Assembly: GCA_903923175.1 (NCBI GenBank) | Contig: CAIXWQ010001121.1 | Span: 3,684-67,683, forward strand | Source of the DNA: an uncultured delta proteobacterium | GTDB taxonomy: Bacteria; Myxococcota_A; Polyangia; Polyangiales; JADJMO01 | DNA length: 64,000 bases | Reading direction: 5' to 3' | Part shown: positions 53,325 to 62,289 of the stretch, piece after piece | Layout: each line of letters begins with the position of its first letter | Numbering within the stretch: the first letter of the stretch is position 1 | Translations under genes and position numbers: made by a program | Notes under the pieces: model-generated | What the model saw: the letters and a program-made list of their open reading frames with translations, nothing else | Told to the model about the DNA's origin: nothing | Databases searched by the model: none

Positions 53325-54482
53325 ATGATGTCCCGCCAGCCGTCGCGCTCGAACAATTTCGATCTCCTCAGGCTGCTCGCGGCGCTGCAGGTCGCCTCCT
53401 ATCACGGCTGGGAGAGGCTCGTCGGTCGAGGTCACAGCGCCACGCTCGACGCCCTGGCAGACGCGCTGCGTTATCTGCCGGGAGTCCCAATCTTCTTCGT
53501 CATCAGCGGCTTCCTCCTCCCGTGGGCGTACACGCGCCGTCCGGAGCTGCGCACGTTCGCGCGCAATCGAGTGCTCCGCGTCTACCCGGCGCTCTGGCTC
53601 GCGTTCGGCCTGACCGTCGCCGTCCTCGCATGGCATGGCAAGATCGGCCTCGCGAGCCTGGGGTCGAAGAGCATGCTCGCGTGGTTCGCGGGGCAGCTCA
53701 CCTTCGCGCAGTTCTACACGCCGCCGGAGCTCCGTTCCTACGGCCTGGGCAATCCGAACGGAAGCCTCTGGACCATCGTCGTGGAGCTGCAGTTCTACGT
53801 GCTGGTGCCCTTCCTCGTGGCCGCCTCGCGGCGGACGCGACGCTTTCCGAATCTGCCGCTCCTCGCGGTCGCGGCGGGCTCGCTGGCGTTCAACATGTGG
53901 CTCTCGCGCAGGGGCCTCGATCGGATGTCCTCGAAGCTCCTCGGCGTGACGGTGCTTCCCTACTTGTTCTATTTCGCGCTCGGAACACTCGCGTTTTCGA
54001 ACTGGGATCGCGTCGAGCGGTTCGTGCGCGGCCGAGGCCTGCACGCCCTCGCGGTGTACGCGCTCTTCTCCTGGGTCTTCTCCGCGCGACTGGGCCTCTA
54101 CTCGCCGAGCTACTGGCCGGGGAACCTCGCTGCGGTCGCATCGATCGTGCTGCTCGCGTGGACCACGCTGGCGGTCGCGTACTCAGCGTCGACGTTGGGA
54201 GAGCGCCTCCTGCGCGGACAGGACATCTCGTATGGCATCTACGTCTTCCACGCGATCGCGCTGAATCTGATGTTCGAGCACGGCTGGCGCTCGCCGGCGA
54301 GCCTCGGAGCCCTCCTCGCGTCGTCGGTGGCGCTCGCGGCGATATCCTGGACGCTGGTCGAGAAGCCGGCGCTCCGGCGCAAGCAGTCGGGCGCGCGCGG
54401 TGCCGCCGCCGCAGTCGCCATGGGGCTACCGCACGCCGCGGTGCAGACCGCTCAGGTCGAGCCCGCCGACGCCGGCTCGTGA
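53325..54482 (+). CDS. Membrane acyltransferase family 3 (O-acetyltransferase, OafA/WecH-like)
   Basis: NNFDLLRLLAALQVASYHG is the acyltransferase_3 signature. About 10 TM helices. The 3' end overlaps the convergent aminotransferase by 31 nt. Confidence 0.88.
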   Translation: MMSRQPSRSNNFDLLRLLAALQVASYHGWERLVGRGHSATLDALADALRYLPGVPIFFVISGFLLPWAYTRRPELRTFARNRVLRVYPALWLAFGLTVAVLAWHGKIGLASLGSKSMLAWFAGQLTFAQFYTPPELRSYGLGNPNGSLWTIVVELQFYVLVPFLVAASRRTRRFPNLPLLAVAAGSLAFNMWLSRRGLDRMSSKLLGVTVLPYLFYFALGTLAFSNWDRVERFVRGRGLHALAVYALFSWVFSARLGLYSPSYWPGNLAAVASIVLLAWTTLAVAYSASTLGERLLRGQDISYGIYVFHAIALNLMFEHGWRSPASLGALLASSVALAAISWTLVEKPALRRKQSGARGAAAAVAMGLPHAAVQTAQVEPADAGS

Positions 54483-55606
54483 CGTCGTCGCGCCTTCGAT
54501 CGCACGGCCTCGATCACTCGAGACTGCTCCTCCGCCGTGAGGCTGCTCGAGCTCGGTAGGCAGATCCCGCCGCGATACAGCTCCTCGGCGACCGCACCGC
54601 CCACCGACTCGACCGAGGCGAAGAGCGGCTGGAGGTGCATCGGCTTCCAGACGGGGCGCGACTCGACCCCTTCGGCGTCGAGGTGCGCGATGAGCGCGTC
54701 TCGGGAGCAGCCGAATGCGCGTTCGTCGAGCGAGAACACGCTCAGCCAGTTGGTGTGAACGCCCCAGGGCGCCTGCGGCATCAGCTGCAGGCCCGGCAGC
54801 TCGGCGAAGGCGTCGCGGTAGCGAAAGGCGACCTGGCGCCGCGCCCGGACTCGCTCGTCGAGCACCTCGAGCTGCCCCCGGCCGATGCCCGCGAGCACGT
54901 TGCTCATGCGGTAGTTGTAGCCCATGTCGACGTGGTGATACTCGAGCCGCGGCTCGCGCGCCTGCGTCGACCAGTAGCGCGCTCGATCGATCAGGCTCCG
55001 ATCCTCCGCGACCAGCATGCCGCCGCCGGTCGTGGTGATGATCTTGTTGCCATTGAAGGAGAAGGCCGCCAGCGGCGCCAACGTCCCCGCAGGCCGCCCC
55101 TTGTAGGTCGCGCCGAGCGCCTCGGCGGCGTCCTCGAGCACGGGTACGCCCCAGCGCGCGCACGCGGCCAAGATCGGGTCCATGTCGGCCGTCTGGCCGT
55201 AGAGGTGCACCACCACGACGGCCTTGGGCAGCTTGCCGCGCCGCGCGCGCGCCGCGAGCAGCTCCGCGAGCAGCTCGGGGTCGAGGTTCCAGCTCGCGCG
55301 CTCGGAGTCGACCAGGATCGGCGTCGCGCCGAGGTAGCTGACGGGGTTGACCGAGGCGACGAACGTGAGCGTCGGCACGACGACCTCGTCGCCAGGGCCG
55401 ACCCCGAGCAGGCGGAGTCCGAGGTGCATGGCCGCAGTGCCGCTCCCCAGCGCGACCGCCGGACGGCCGATCTTGACCTCGAATTCGCGCTCGAACGCGT
55501 CGATGTTGGGCCCGACGGTCGACAGCCAGTTGGTCGCGAACGCCTCTTCGACGTACCGCTGCTCGGCGCCACCCATGTGGGGGACCGACAGAAGGATGCG
55601 ATTCAC
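54452..55606 (-). CDS. DegT-family aminotransferase (EpsN/PglE-like)
   Basis: GTG start preceded by GGGAGG. …LSVPHMGGAEQRYVEEAF…, GSGTAAMHLGLRLLGVGPGDEVVVPTLTF, FSFNGNKIITTTGGG (PLP lysine). Confidence 0.92.
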   Translation of the reverse strand: MNRILLSVPHMGGAEQRYVEEAFATNWLSTVGPNIDAFEREFEVKIGRPAVALGSGTAAMHLGLRLLGVGPGDEVVVPTLTFVASVNPVSYLGATPILVDSERASWNLDPELLAELLAARARRGKLPKAVVVVHLYGQTADMDPILAACARWGVPVLEDAAEALGATYKGRPAGTLAPLAAFSFNGNKIITTTGGGMLVAEDRSLIDRARYWSTQAREPRLEYHHVDMGYNYRMSNVLAGIGRGQLEVLDERVRARRQVAFRYRDAFAELPGLQLMPQAPWGVHTNWLSVFSLDERAFGCSRDALIAHLDAEGVESRPVWKPMHLQPLFASVESVGGAVAEELYRGGICLPSSSSLTAEEQSRVIEAVRSKARRRHEPASAGST

Positions 55607-56274
55607 GTTGCCTCCCTGCGGACGAGCGGCCTCGCGGGCACGCCGACGACGGTGACGCCTGCGGGGACGTCACGCGCGACGACCGCGCCAGCGCCGACGG
55701 TCGCGCCTTCGCCGACCGTGACGTACTGGAGAACTTGCGCGCCCGTCCCCACGAGGACGCGCGTGCCGATGCGGACGCCGCCCGAGAGGTTCACCGTTGG
55801 GTTGAGGACCGCGCACGCGCCCACGGTCGCTTCGTGGCCCAGGGTGCAGCAGAGATTCACCATCGCGAAGTCCTCGAACGTGAGGTTCACCGTGCCGACC
55901 ACACCGTCGCAAACGACGACCCCCCGCCCGAAGCGCGCGCTCTCCCGCTCGAACCGGGCGCGCGGATGGACGAGGCTCGGATACGCCTTCTCGGGGAAGC
56001 GCTCGATCAGCATCCGTGAGACCGTCGCCTTCGCGGCAGGCGTGCCGATCCCCATGACGAAGGCGTCGAACGCGTCGCGATGCGCGTCGAGCCAGTCGAG
56101 GTCTCCCAGCACCTGCGCCGTCGAGTCGTGCGGGCCGAGCTTCGAGAGGTCGGTGACGGCGTAGCCGGCGTGCTCGAATCGCCCCCCCTCGGCCGCCTCG
56201 AGCTCCCGGAGGAGATGGGCCACCTCGCGCGCGAAGCCGCCCGCACCGACGATCACGACCCGCGCGCGCGCCAT
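55603..56274 (-). CDS. NeuD/PglD/EpsM-family sugar N-acetyltransferase
   Basis: N-terminal Rossmann-like VVIVGAGGFAREV, then C-terminal hexapeptide repeats (…IGTRVLVGTGAQVLQYVTVGEGATVGAGAVVARDVPAGVTVVGVPARP). GTGA overlap with the downstream gene. Confidence 0.88.
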   Translation of the reverse strand: MARARVVIVGAGGFAREVAHLLRELEAAEGGRFEHAGYAVTDLSKLGPHDSTAQVLGDLDWLDAHRDAFDAFVMGIGTPAAKATVSRMLIERFPEKAYPSLVHPRARFERESARFGRGVVVCDGVVGTVNLTFEDFAMVNLCCTLGHEATVGACAVLNPTVNLSGGVRIGTRVLVGTGAQVLQYVTVGEGATVGAGAVVARDVPAGVTVVGVPARPLVRREAT

Positions 56275-56903
56275 CACCCGCCCTCCGCCGCAGCGCCGAA
56301 GAACTCCGGCATGGTCGCGTGCCCCGCCTGCGAAACGCCCTCCCGCCGCAGCACTTTCAGCGCGGTCGCGGCGAGGATGCGCAGGTCGAGGAGCGGAGAC
56401 CAATGGTCGACGTACCACACGTCGAGCTCGAACTTCCGCTCCCAGCCGATGGCGTTGCGGCCGTGGATCTGCGCCCACCCGGTGAGCCCGGGCATGACGT
56501 CGTGCCGGCGCTGCTGCTCGGCGGTGTACCGATCCAGGTAGCGCACGAGGAGCGGACGCGGCCCGACGAGGCTCAACTCACCGCGCACGACGTTCCACAG
56601 CTGGGGGAGCTCGTCGAGGCTGGTCGCCCTGAGCACTCGCCCGACGCGCGTCAGGCGCTCGTCGTCCGGCAGCAGCGCGCCGAGCGCGTCGCGCGCGTCG
56701 GACATCGTCCGGAACTTCACAATCTCGAAGATCTCGCCGTGGCGCCCCGGACGCCGCTGCCGAAAGAAGACCGGCGAGCCGGACTCCAACCGGACGGCGG
56801 CCGCTGCCAGGCCCAGCGCGGGCGCGGCCATCACGAGCCCCACGAGCGCGCAGGCCGTGTCGCTCGCCCGCTTGAAGGCGAGCGGGAGCCCGGATTGCTT
56901 CAT
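56274..56903 (-). CDS. Small polyprenyl-phosphate sugar phosphotransferase (PglC/EpsL/WbaP C-domain type), initiating enzyme
   Basis: …FKRASDTACALVGLVMAAPAL…SPVFFRQRRPGRHGEIFEIVKFRTM…DELPQLWNVVRGELSLVGPRP… is the canonical bacterial sugar transferase signature. Confidence 0.92.
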   Translation of the reverse strand: MKQSGLPLAFKRASDTACALVGLVMAAPALGLAAAAVRLESGSPVFFRQRRPGRHGEIFEIVKFRTMSDARDALGALLPDDERLTRVGRVLRATSLDELPQLWNVVRGELSLVGPRPLLVRYLDRYTAEQQRRHDVMPGLTGWAQIHGRNAIGWERKFELDVWYVDHWSPLLDLRILAATALKVLRREGVSQAGHATMPEFFGAAAEGG

Positions 56904-58138
56904 GACGTGACGAGCTCCTGGAGCACCTGGAGGTAGCGCGCCGCCAGCGACTCGCGCGTGGCGTTGGCGAGCACCCAAGCGCGGCCACGCTGGCCCATCG
57001 CGGCGCGCTCCGCGGGGTCGTCGACCATCGACCGGATCACGCGCGCGAGATCCTCGGGATCCTCGGGGATCGCGAACCGCCCCGCGCCTGCCTGATCGCA
57101 GACCAGCTCGCGCGCGACGCCGTCGATGGCGAGGAGCGTCGGTCGCTCGCAGGCCATGTAGTCGAAGACCTTGTTCGGGTAGACCGTCCGGAACGTGGGG
57201 TTGTTCTGCAGCACGGCGGCACCGATGTCGCACGCGTTCACGACGTCGGGCATGCGCTCCTTGGGCAGGGCGCCGTGAAAGCGGATGTTCGACAGCCCCC
57301 GGCTCGCGCCTTCCGCTTCCAGCGCCGCGCGCTCCGGGCCGTCGCCGACGCAGGCGATGAAGATGTCCGGGCGATCGCGCAACCGCTCGGCTGCGCCGAG
57401 GAGCTGGCCGAGGGCGTTCGCGCGACCGTGGGCGCCGGCGTACATCACGACGGTGCGATCTCCCCAGCCGAGCTCGCGCCGCACTTCGTTGTCGCGCGGC
57501 GCGGGGCTGAACATCGAGACGTCGGCGCCGTTGGGGATGAGGACGATCCGCTCCGCCGGCGCGAGCCCACGGCGGATGAGATCCTCGCGAAACGCCGGCG
57601 TGAGGACGTTCACGCGCGACGCGCGCGCGCAGGCGAAGCGCTCGATCGCGTAGAGGGCGCGCGTCAGTGGCGCGTCCGCCTTCAAGACGCCGGTGGTGAC
57701 CGCGCTCTCCGGCCAGAGATCACGGATCTCGAAGACCCATGGCACCCGCCGCAGGCGCGCGTTCGCCGCGAGCCACCCGGTGATCGCCGCGGTGAGCGGC
57801 GGGGAGGTCGCGATCACGACGTCGACGTCGTCGATGCGCGGCGCCGTGAGCGTCGCCGAGCCCGCGTACCCGGCGAATGAGAGCGCGCGCCCGGCGTATC
57901 CGGTGCGGTAGGACGCGGGAGTCCAGCAGCGGTACACCGTGACGCCCGCGTCGTCTTCGCGCGTGACGAGGTGACCGCGATAGCGCTCCGGCACCTCCCC
58001 GGACGCGTAGTCGACCGTGCCCGCGAGCACCGTCACGCGGTGCCCGGCCGCCGTCCAGAGCCGCGCGAACTCGTTGAACCGCGAGCCGCCCGGGCGGTCG
58101 CGCATCAGATAGTACTGGTGGACGACGAGGATGTGCAT
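56900..58138 (-). CDS. Glycosyltransferase family 4 (WbuB-like)
   Basis: MHILVVHQYY…PGGSRFNEFARLW…GH-VTVL is a WbuB-type N-terminus. ATGA overlap with the downstream gene. Confidence 0.9.
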   Translation of the reverse strand: MHILVVHQYYLMRDRPGGSRFNEFARLWTAAGHRVTVLAGTVDYASGEVPERYRGHLVTREDDAGVTVYRCWTPASYRTGYAGRALSFAGYAGSATLTAPRIDDVDVVIATSPPLTAAITGWLAANARLRRVPWVFEIRDLWPESAVTTGVLKADAPLTRALYAIERFACARASRVNVLTPAFREDLIRRGLAPAERIVLIPNGADVSMFSPAPRDNEVRRELGWGDRTVVMYAGAHGRANALGQLLGAAERLRDRPDIFIACVGDGPERAALEAEGASRGLSNIRFHGALPKERMPDVVNACDIGAAVLQNNPTFRTVYPNKVFDYMACERPTLLAIDGVARELVCDQAGAGRFAIPEDPEDLARVIRSMVDDPAERAAMGQRGRAWVLANATRESLAARYLQVLQELVTS

Positions 58139-58140
58139 CT

Positions 58141-60234
58141 TCAGCTCACGCGTTCGATGGCGCCGTCGCGAAGGTGGAGGACGGTCTCATGACCGCCGAT
58201 GGTCACGAGCCAGCGAGCTCCATCGGGCTCGATCGTCACGCCTTCGCCCCCCATCGCGGTGATGGCGGTGAACGGGAGGTCGGCGCGCGCCTCGACCGCG
58301 AACGATGGGGTCGCGACGCGCTCGCCGTAGTGGCGCGCGTACCAGCCGCGGGGTGGCTCCTCCCGACCGCGCACGATCGACGCGCGGGGCTCCGCCACGC
58401 CCACGACCCGCGTGACCAACGTGAACGGCCCACGCGGCGTGTGGAGCGTGACGCCGGGAACGCCGACGTGCGGCGTGTGCTCGAAGTCCCCGCACAGCCA
58501 GTGCGCGCGCACGTCGTGGGGGCCGTGGCCCATCACGTGATCGACGACGATCCACGCCTCGTGGGCCAGCGCGACGACCGAGCGCCGATGCACTAGATCG
58601 CGGTTGCGCCGGGCGAAGCCGTAGTGCTCGCCGACGACGAGCGCGTGGTCGGACGCCTGCTCGAAGCGGAGCGTCTTGGCTTTGGTCCAGTACAGGACCT
58701 TGAAGCGGCGATGGTGCACCATCTGGTCGAGCCCATCGACGGTCAGCGTGTTGTGCGACGCCGTGCGGAGGAAGTGGGCGTGCCAGCGCTCGTCCTCGTT
58801 GTAGAGGTAGCTCCCGCCGTCGACGAGCACGTTGAGTCCGCGCCACCAGAGGTCGACGTGGAGCATGTCCATCTGGGCGAAGCGGTCGCGCAGCGTGCCG
58901 CAGCGGAAGGTCGCGAAGGAGCCGGCGTCCTTCGCGGCGCGCAGGACGTAGTAGCCGGTGGGCTCGAACGCCACGGTGGTGCGCGGCCGCGGGCGCAGCG
59001 GCGCGTCGAGCGCGGCGGGTCCGAGCACCCACGCGGCGTGCTCGTCCCACGGCCCCGCGTCGTACAGGCGCTCGCCGCGGACGAGGAGGCTCACGGTCTG
59101 GAGCGTCGGCCGGAAGTCCGCGAACGCGCAGCTCGAGAGCGGCAGCACCTCGGCGCCGTCGTTCGAGCCGAAGTTCGGGAGCCAGCCGTTCTCGGGGTTC
59201 TGCTGCGCGTACAGGAAGTCGAGGGAGCGCTCGAGGGCGCCGCGCCACGCGGCGGGTGGAGTGCGGCCCGTGCGCTCCGCGAGGCGCCACGCGAGGACGT
59301 ACGTGTCGAGCGCGACGCGATGGTAGTTGTGCGACTGCTGGATGTACGCGCCATCGCGGTAGATCTGCGCGTCCGCCTGCGCGGTGAGCTCCGACCAGCC
59401 GAGGGCGCGCCAGTCGGCGTCGTCGACGAGCTCGCCGAGCGCCGCGAGCCCCCAAGCCTCGGTGAGCAGGTGGTTGTTGTAGACCGCCTTTCGCACGTAA
59501 TCGAAGTTCGCGAGGATGTGCGCCCCCGCGAGATCGGCGCGCGCGGCGAGGGTGCGCGCGAGCGCGGTCGCGTCGAACCCGAGCTGGTCGAACGTCGAGA
59601 TCGCGAAGATCCACGCCATCCAACGAATGGCGAGCTCTTGCCCGGAGTTCCAGTGAATGCCGAGCGGGAATGGGGTGTTCGCGAGGAAACTGCGGAGCTG
59701 TCGCCCCATCGCCGCCGCGTTGGCGGCCGCGTCGTCTCCGAACGCCGCGGCCCGCGCGAAGTGGAACGCCTGCGGAAACCGCGCGACCTCCCAGGAGAGC
59801 TTGACGTCGCCGACCGCAGCCTCGGCCGCGAGCGCAGATGACGAGTGCGACTGCGAGTCCCAATGTCGACCGTTGCGTGGGTTCCGATACCAGTCGATCG
59901 GATCCCCGAAGTCGGCCGTCCACGACCCGAACGCGAGGATCCGGCCGCGGCGGGCGTCGGTCGCGAGGGCGCGCAGCCTCGCGCGGTCGTGGTTCGAGAG
60001 CCTCCCGTCCATCGCGACGCGCACGTCGTCGGGCGCAGCGAATGGCGATAGTCGCCGCAGGCGGACGAGCGCCGTGTCACCCGGGAAGTCCGACTCCCCG
60101 CGCGCGTTCCGCGCATCCGCACGACCTCGGAGCCGATCGGCCCCGAGCATCAGGCTGAGCTCCCGACCGATTCGGTAGATCGCGCGTTCGGCGCCGAGCT
60201 CGCGAAGCTCCCGGACGTAGTGGCGGAGGTTCAT
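58141..60234 (-). CDS. Heparinase II/III-family (alginate-lyase-fold) protein
   Basis: …PIDWYRNPRNGRHW…, …SWEVARFPQAFHFARAA…, …NNHLLTEAWGLAALG…, …QSHNYHRVALDTYVLAWRL… follow the Hepar_II_III N- and C-domain pattern commonly found in O-antigen/EPS operons. Confidence 0.8.
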   Translation of the reverse strand: MNLRHYVRELRELGAERAIYRIGRELSLMLGADRLRGRADARNARGESDFPGDTALVRLRRLSPFAAPDDVRVAMDGRLSNHDRARLRALATDARRGRILAFGSWTADFGDPIDWYRNPRNGRHWDSQSHSSSALAAEAAVGDVKLSWEVARFPQAFHFARAAAFGDDAAANAAAMGRQLRSFLANTPFPLGIHWNSGQELAIRWMAWIFAISTFDQLGFDATALARTLAARADLAGAHILANFDYVRKAVYNNHLLTEAWGLAALGELVDDADWRALGWSELTAQADAQIYRDGAYIQQSHNYHRVALDTYVLAWRLAERTGRTPPAAWRGALERSLDFLYAQQNPENGWLPNFGSNDGAEVLPLSSCAFADFRPTLQTVSLLVRGERLYDAGPWDEHAAWVLGPAALDAPLRPRPRTTVAFEPTGYYVLRAAKDAGSFATFRCGTLRDRFAQMDMLHVDLWWRGLNVLVDGGSYLYNEDERWHAHFLRTASHNTLTVDGLDQMVHHRRFKVLYWTKAKTLRFEQASDHALVVGEHYGFARRNRDLVHRRSVVALAHEAWIVVDHVMGHGPHDVRAHWLCGDFEHTPHVGVPGVTLHTPRGPFTLVTRVVGVAEPRASIVRGREEPPRGWYARHYGERVATPSFAVEARADLPFTAITAMGGEGVTIEPDGARWLVTIGGHETVLHLRDGAIERVS

Positions 60235-60235
60235 C

Positions 60236-62203
60236 TCACAGTGGTTGCAGCGCCGTCAGCGCGGGCCGGGGAGGGGGGACGGACCAGCGCTCGAGCGCGC
60301 GGTCGTCGAGGAACGTGGTCGCCCACGCCTCGATACTTACCAGCTTCCAGACGATGTCGAACCACCGCGGATTTCCCGTGTCCGCGAGGAGCTGCTCGAC
60401 CGCCCTCGGCGCGAGGACCCCTCGGGCGCGCGAGCGGGACGAGAGCAGGAGATCGTGCACGAATTCGCGGTGCTGTGTCTGCATCCAGTGCATGGCCGGC
60501 GTGTCGAAGCCGACCTTGCGACGGTTGAGCACGAACTCCGGCGTCACGTCCGCCACTGCCTGCCGCAGGATCCACTTGCTCGCGCCGTTGCGGAGCTTGA
60601 GGCGAGACCCGCACCGGAACGCGAACGCGACGAGCGTCGGATCGGCGAGCGGGACGCGTGACTCGAGGCTGTTCGCCATGCTCATCCGGTCGTCCTGCTG
60701 GAACAACCCCGGAAGATACGCTTGCAGATCCCAGTGCATCACCTTGTCGAACGGATCGCGCGCGGGCGAGGCGTCGAGGGTCCGATCGAAGATCTCGCGC
60801 GCGCGGGCCCGGGAGACCAGCTCCGGCGTGATGTGCCTGCGCCAATCGCGCTCGGGGACCGTCGCGAAGTTGTCGAAGTAGCCGCGCCGCCAGTCGAAGA
60901 GGAAGCCGAAGTTGCCCGCCAGTCGGCGGAGGTTGCGCGTGTCGAGGATCTGCTTGAGCAGATTGCCACTCGCGGACGCCGGCGCGCTCGAATCGCGGCG
61001 GCGCAGCGAGCCGAAGCGCGTGAGCGCTTGCCTCGCGAGCGTGCCGCCCACGCGCGCCGGATGCGTGAGAGCGTAGCGGGCGTACCCGCCGAAGATCTCG
61101 TCGGCCGCCTGCCCACCGAGGCAGACCTTCACCTCGCGCGCCGCGAGGCGCGACACGTGGAACATCGGCAGCATCGCGGCCCCGATGACCGGCTGATCCT
61201 GGAAATACATCAGGCGCATCAGGTCTTCGGGGAAGCTCGCGCCGTCGAGCGTCGTGAGCTCCAGCGACAACCCGAGCGACCTGGCGGCGGCCTCCTGGTA
61301 AGGCCGCTCGTCGATCACGCCTTGGTTCGAGAAATGGACGCCGAAGCATCGCAGCGGCCGCCCGAGGCGCTGCGCGGTCGCCGCGATGGCGGTCGAGTCG
61401 ATGCCGCCGCTGAAGAACGCTCCGACCGGCACGTCCGAGAGCAGCTGATCGCGCACGACACCGCCGAGCCGCTCGCGAAGCTCGTCGACCACCTGCGCCG
61501 GTGGGTCGAGGCGCTCGGAGAACTCGCGCACCTCCCAGTAGGTCCGCCGTTCCTCTCGTCGCGCGTCACGCCGCAGCCACTGACCCGGGCGGAGCTGCCG
61601 GACGCCGCGGAAGAACGTGCGGTCGAAGAGCGGCGCGTGGAAGTGCAGGTACTGATTGAGCGCCTCGGGATCCAGCTCGCGAACGATCTCGGGGCACTCG
61701 AGCAGCGCCTTGATCTCGCTCGCGAAACGCAGCGTCCGCCCGTCGTCGTGCAGGTAGAGCTGCTTCACGCCGAGGTGGTCGCGCGCCAGCAACAGGGCCC
61801 GCTCGTCGCGATTCCAGGCGGCGAACGCGAATATGCCCCGAACCCCCTCGAGCGCGTCGGGCCCCTCCAGCGCGAGCAGCTGGAGCAGCGTCTCGGTGTC
61901 GCTCGGCCCTCGGAAGCGCGCCCCTTTCGAGGCGAGACGCGCACGGTGCTCGGCGTGGTCGTAGAATTCGCCGTTGTACGCGAGCGTCCAATCGCCGTTC
62001 GGGGTCGACATCGGCTGCCGGCCCGTCTCCGAGAGGTCGACGATCGCGAGGCGCCGATGTCCGAGCCCCAGCGGCCCGTCGACGAAGAACCCCTCGCCAT
62101 CCGGGCCGCGGTGCGCGAGGCGCCGGGTCATGCGGGCGAGCAGCGCGCGATCGACCGGCATCGAGAGATCGCCGTAGTGAAAGATGCCCGCGACGCCACA
62201 CAT
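60236..62203 (-). CDS. Asparagine synthase (glutamine-hydrolysing) family amidotransferase, paralogue 3
   Basis: MCGVAGIF nucleophile. HRGPDGEG, RLAIVDLSETGRQPM. PP-loop SGGIDST. Its stop is 1 nt from the heparinase-like start. Confidence 0.92.
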   Translation of the reverse strand: MCGVAGIFHYGDLSMPVDRALLARMTRRLAHRGPDGEGFFVDGPLGLGHRRLAIVDLSETGRQPMSTPNGDWTLAYNGEFYDHAEHRARLASKGARFRGPSDTETLLQLLALEGPDALEGVRGIFAFAAWNRDERALLLARDHLGVKQLYLHDDGRTLRFASEIKALLECPEIVRELDPEALNQYLHFHAPLFDRTFFRGVRQLRPGQWLRRDARREERRTYWEVREFSERLDPPAQVVDELRERLGGVVRDQLLSDVPVGAFFSGGIDSTAIAATAQRLGRPLRCFGVHFSNQGVIDERPYQEAAARSLGLSLELTTLDGASFPEDLMRLMYFQDQPVIGAAMLPMFHVSRLAAREVKVCLGGQAADEIFGGYARYALTHPARVGGTLARQALTRFGSLRRRDSSAPASASGNLLKQILDTRNLRRLAGNFGFLFDWRRGYFDNFATVPERDWRRHITPELVSRARAREIFDRTLDASPARDPFDKVMHWDLQAYLPGLFQQDDRMSMANSLESRVPLADPTLVAFAFRCGSRLKLRNGASKWILRQAVADVTPEFVLNRRKVGFDTPAMHWMQTQHREFVHDLLLSSRSRARGVLAPRAVEQLLADTGNPRWFDIVWKLVSIEAWATTFLDDRALERWSVPPPRPALTALQPL

Positions 62204-62289
62204 GGCTCTAGCCCTCCGGTCGGACCGGCGCGCAACGGGGCGCGACCAGAATCTCGAGAGGACTACTGCCAGAAATCATGCCCATTCGG

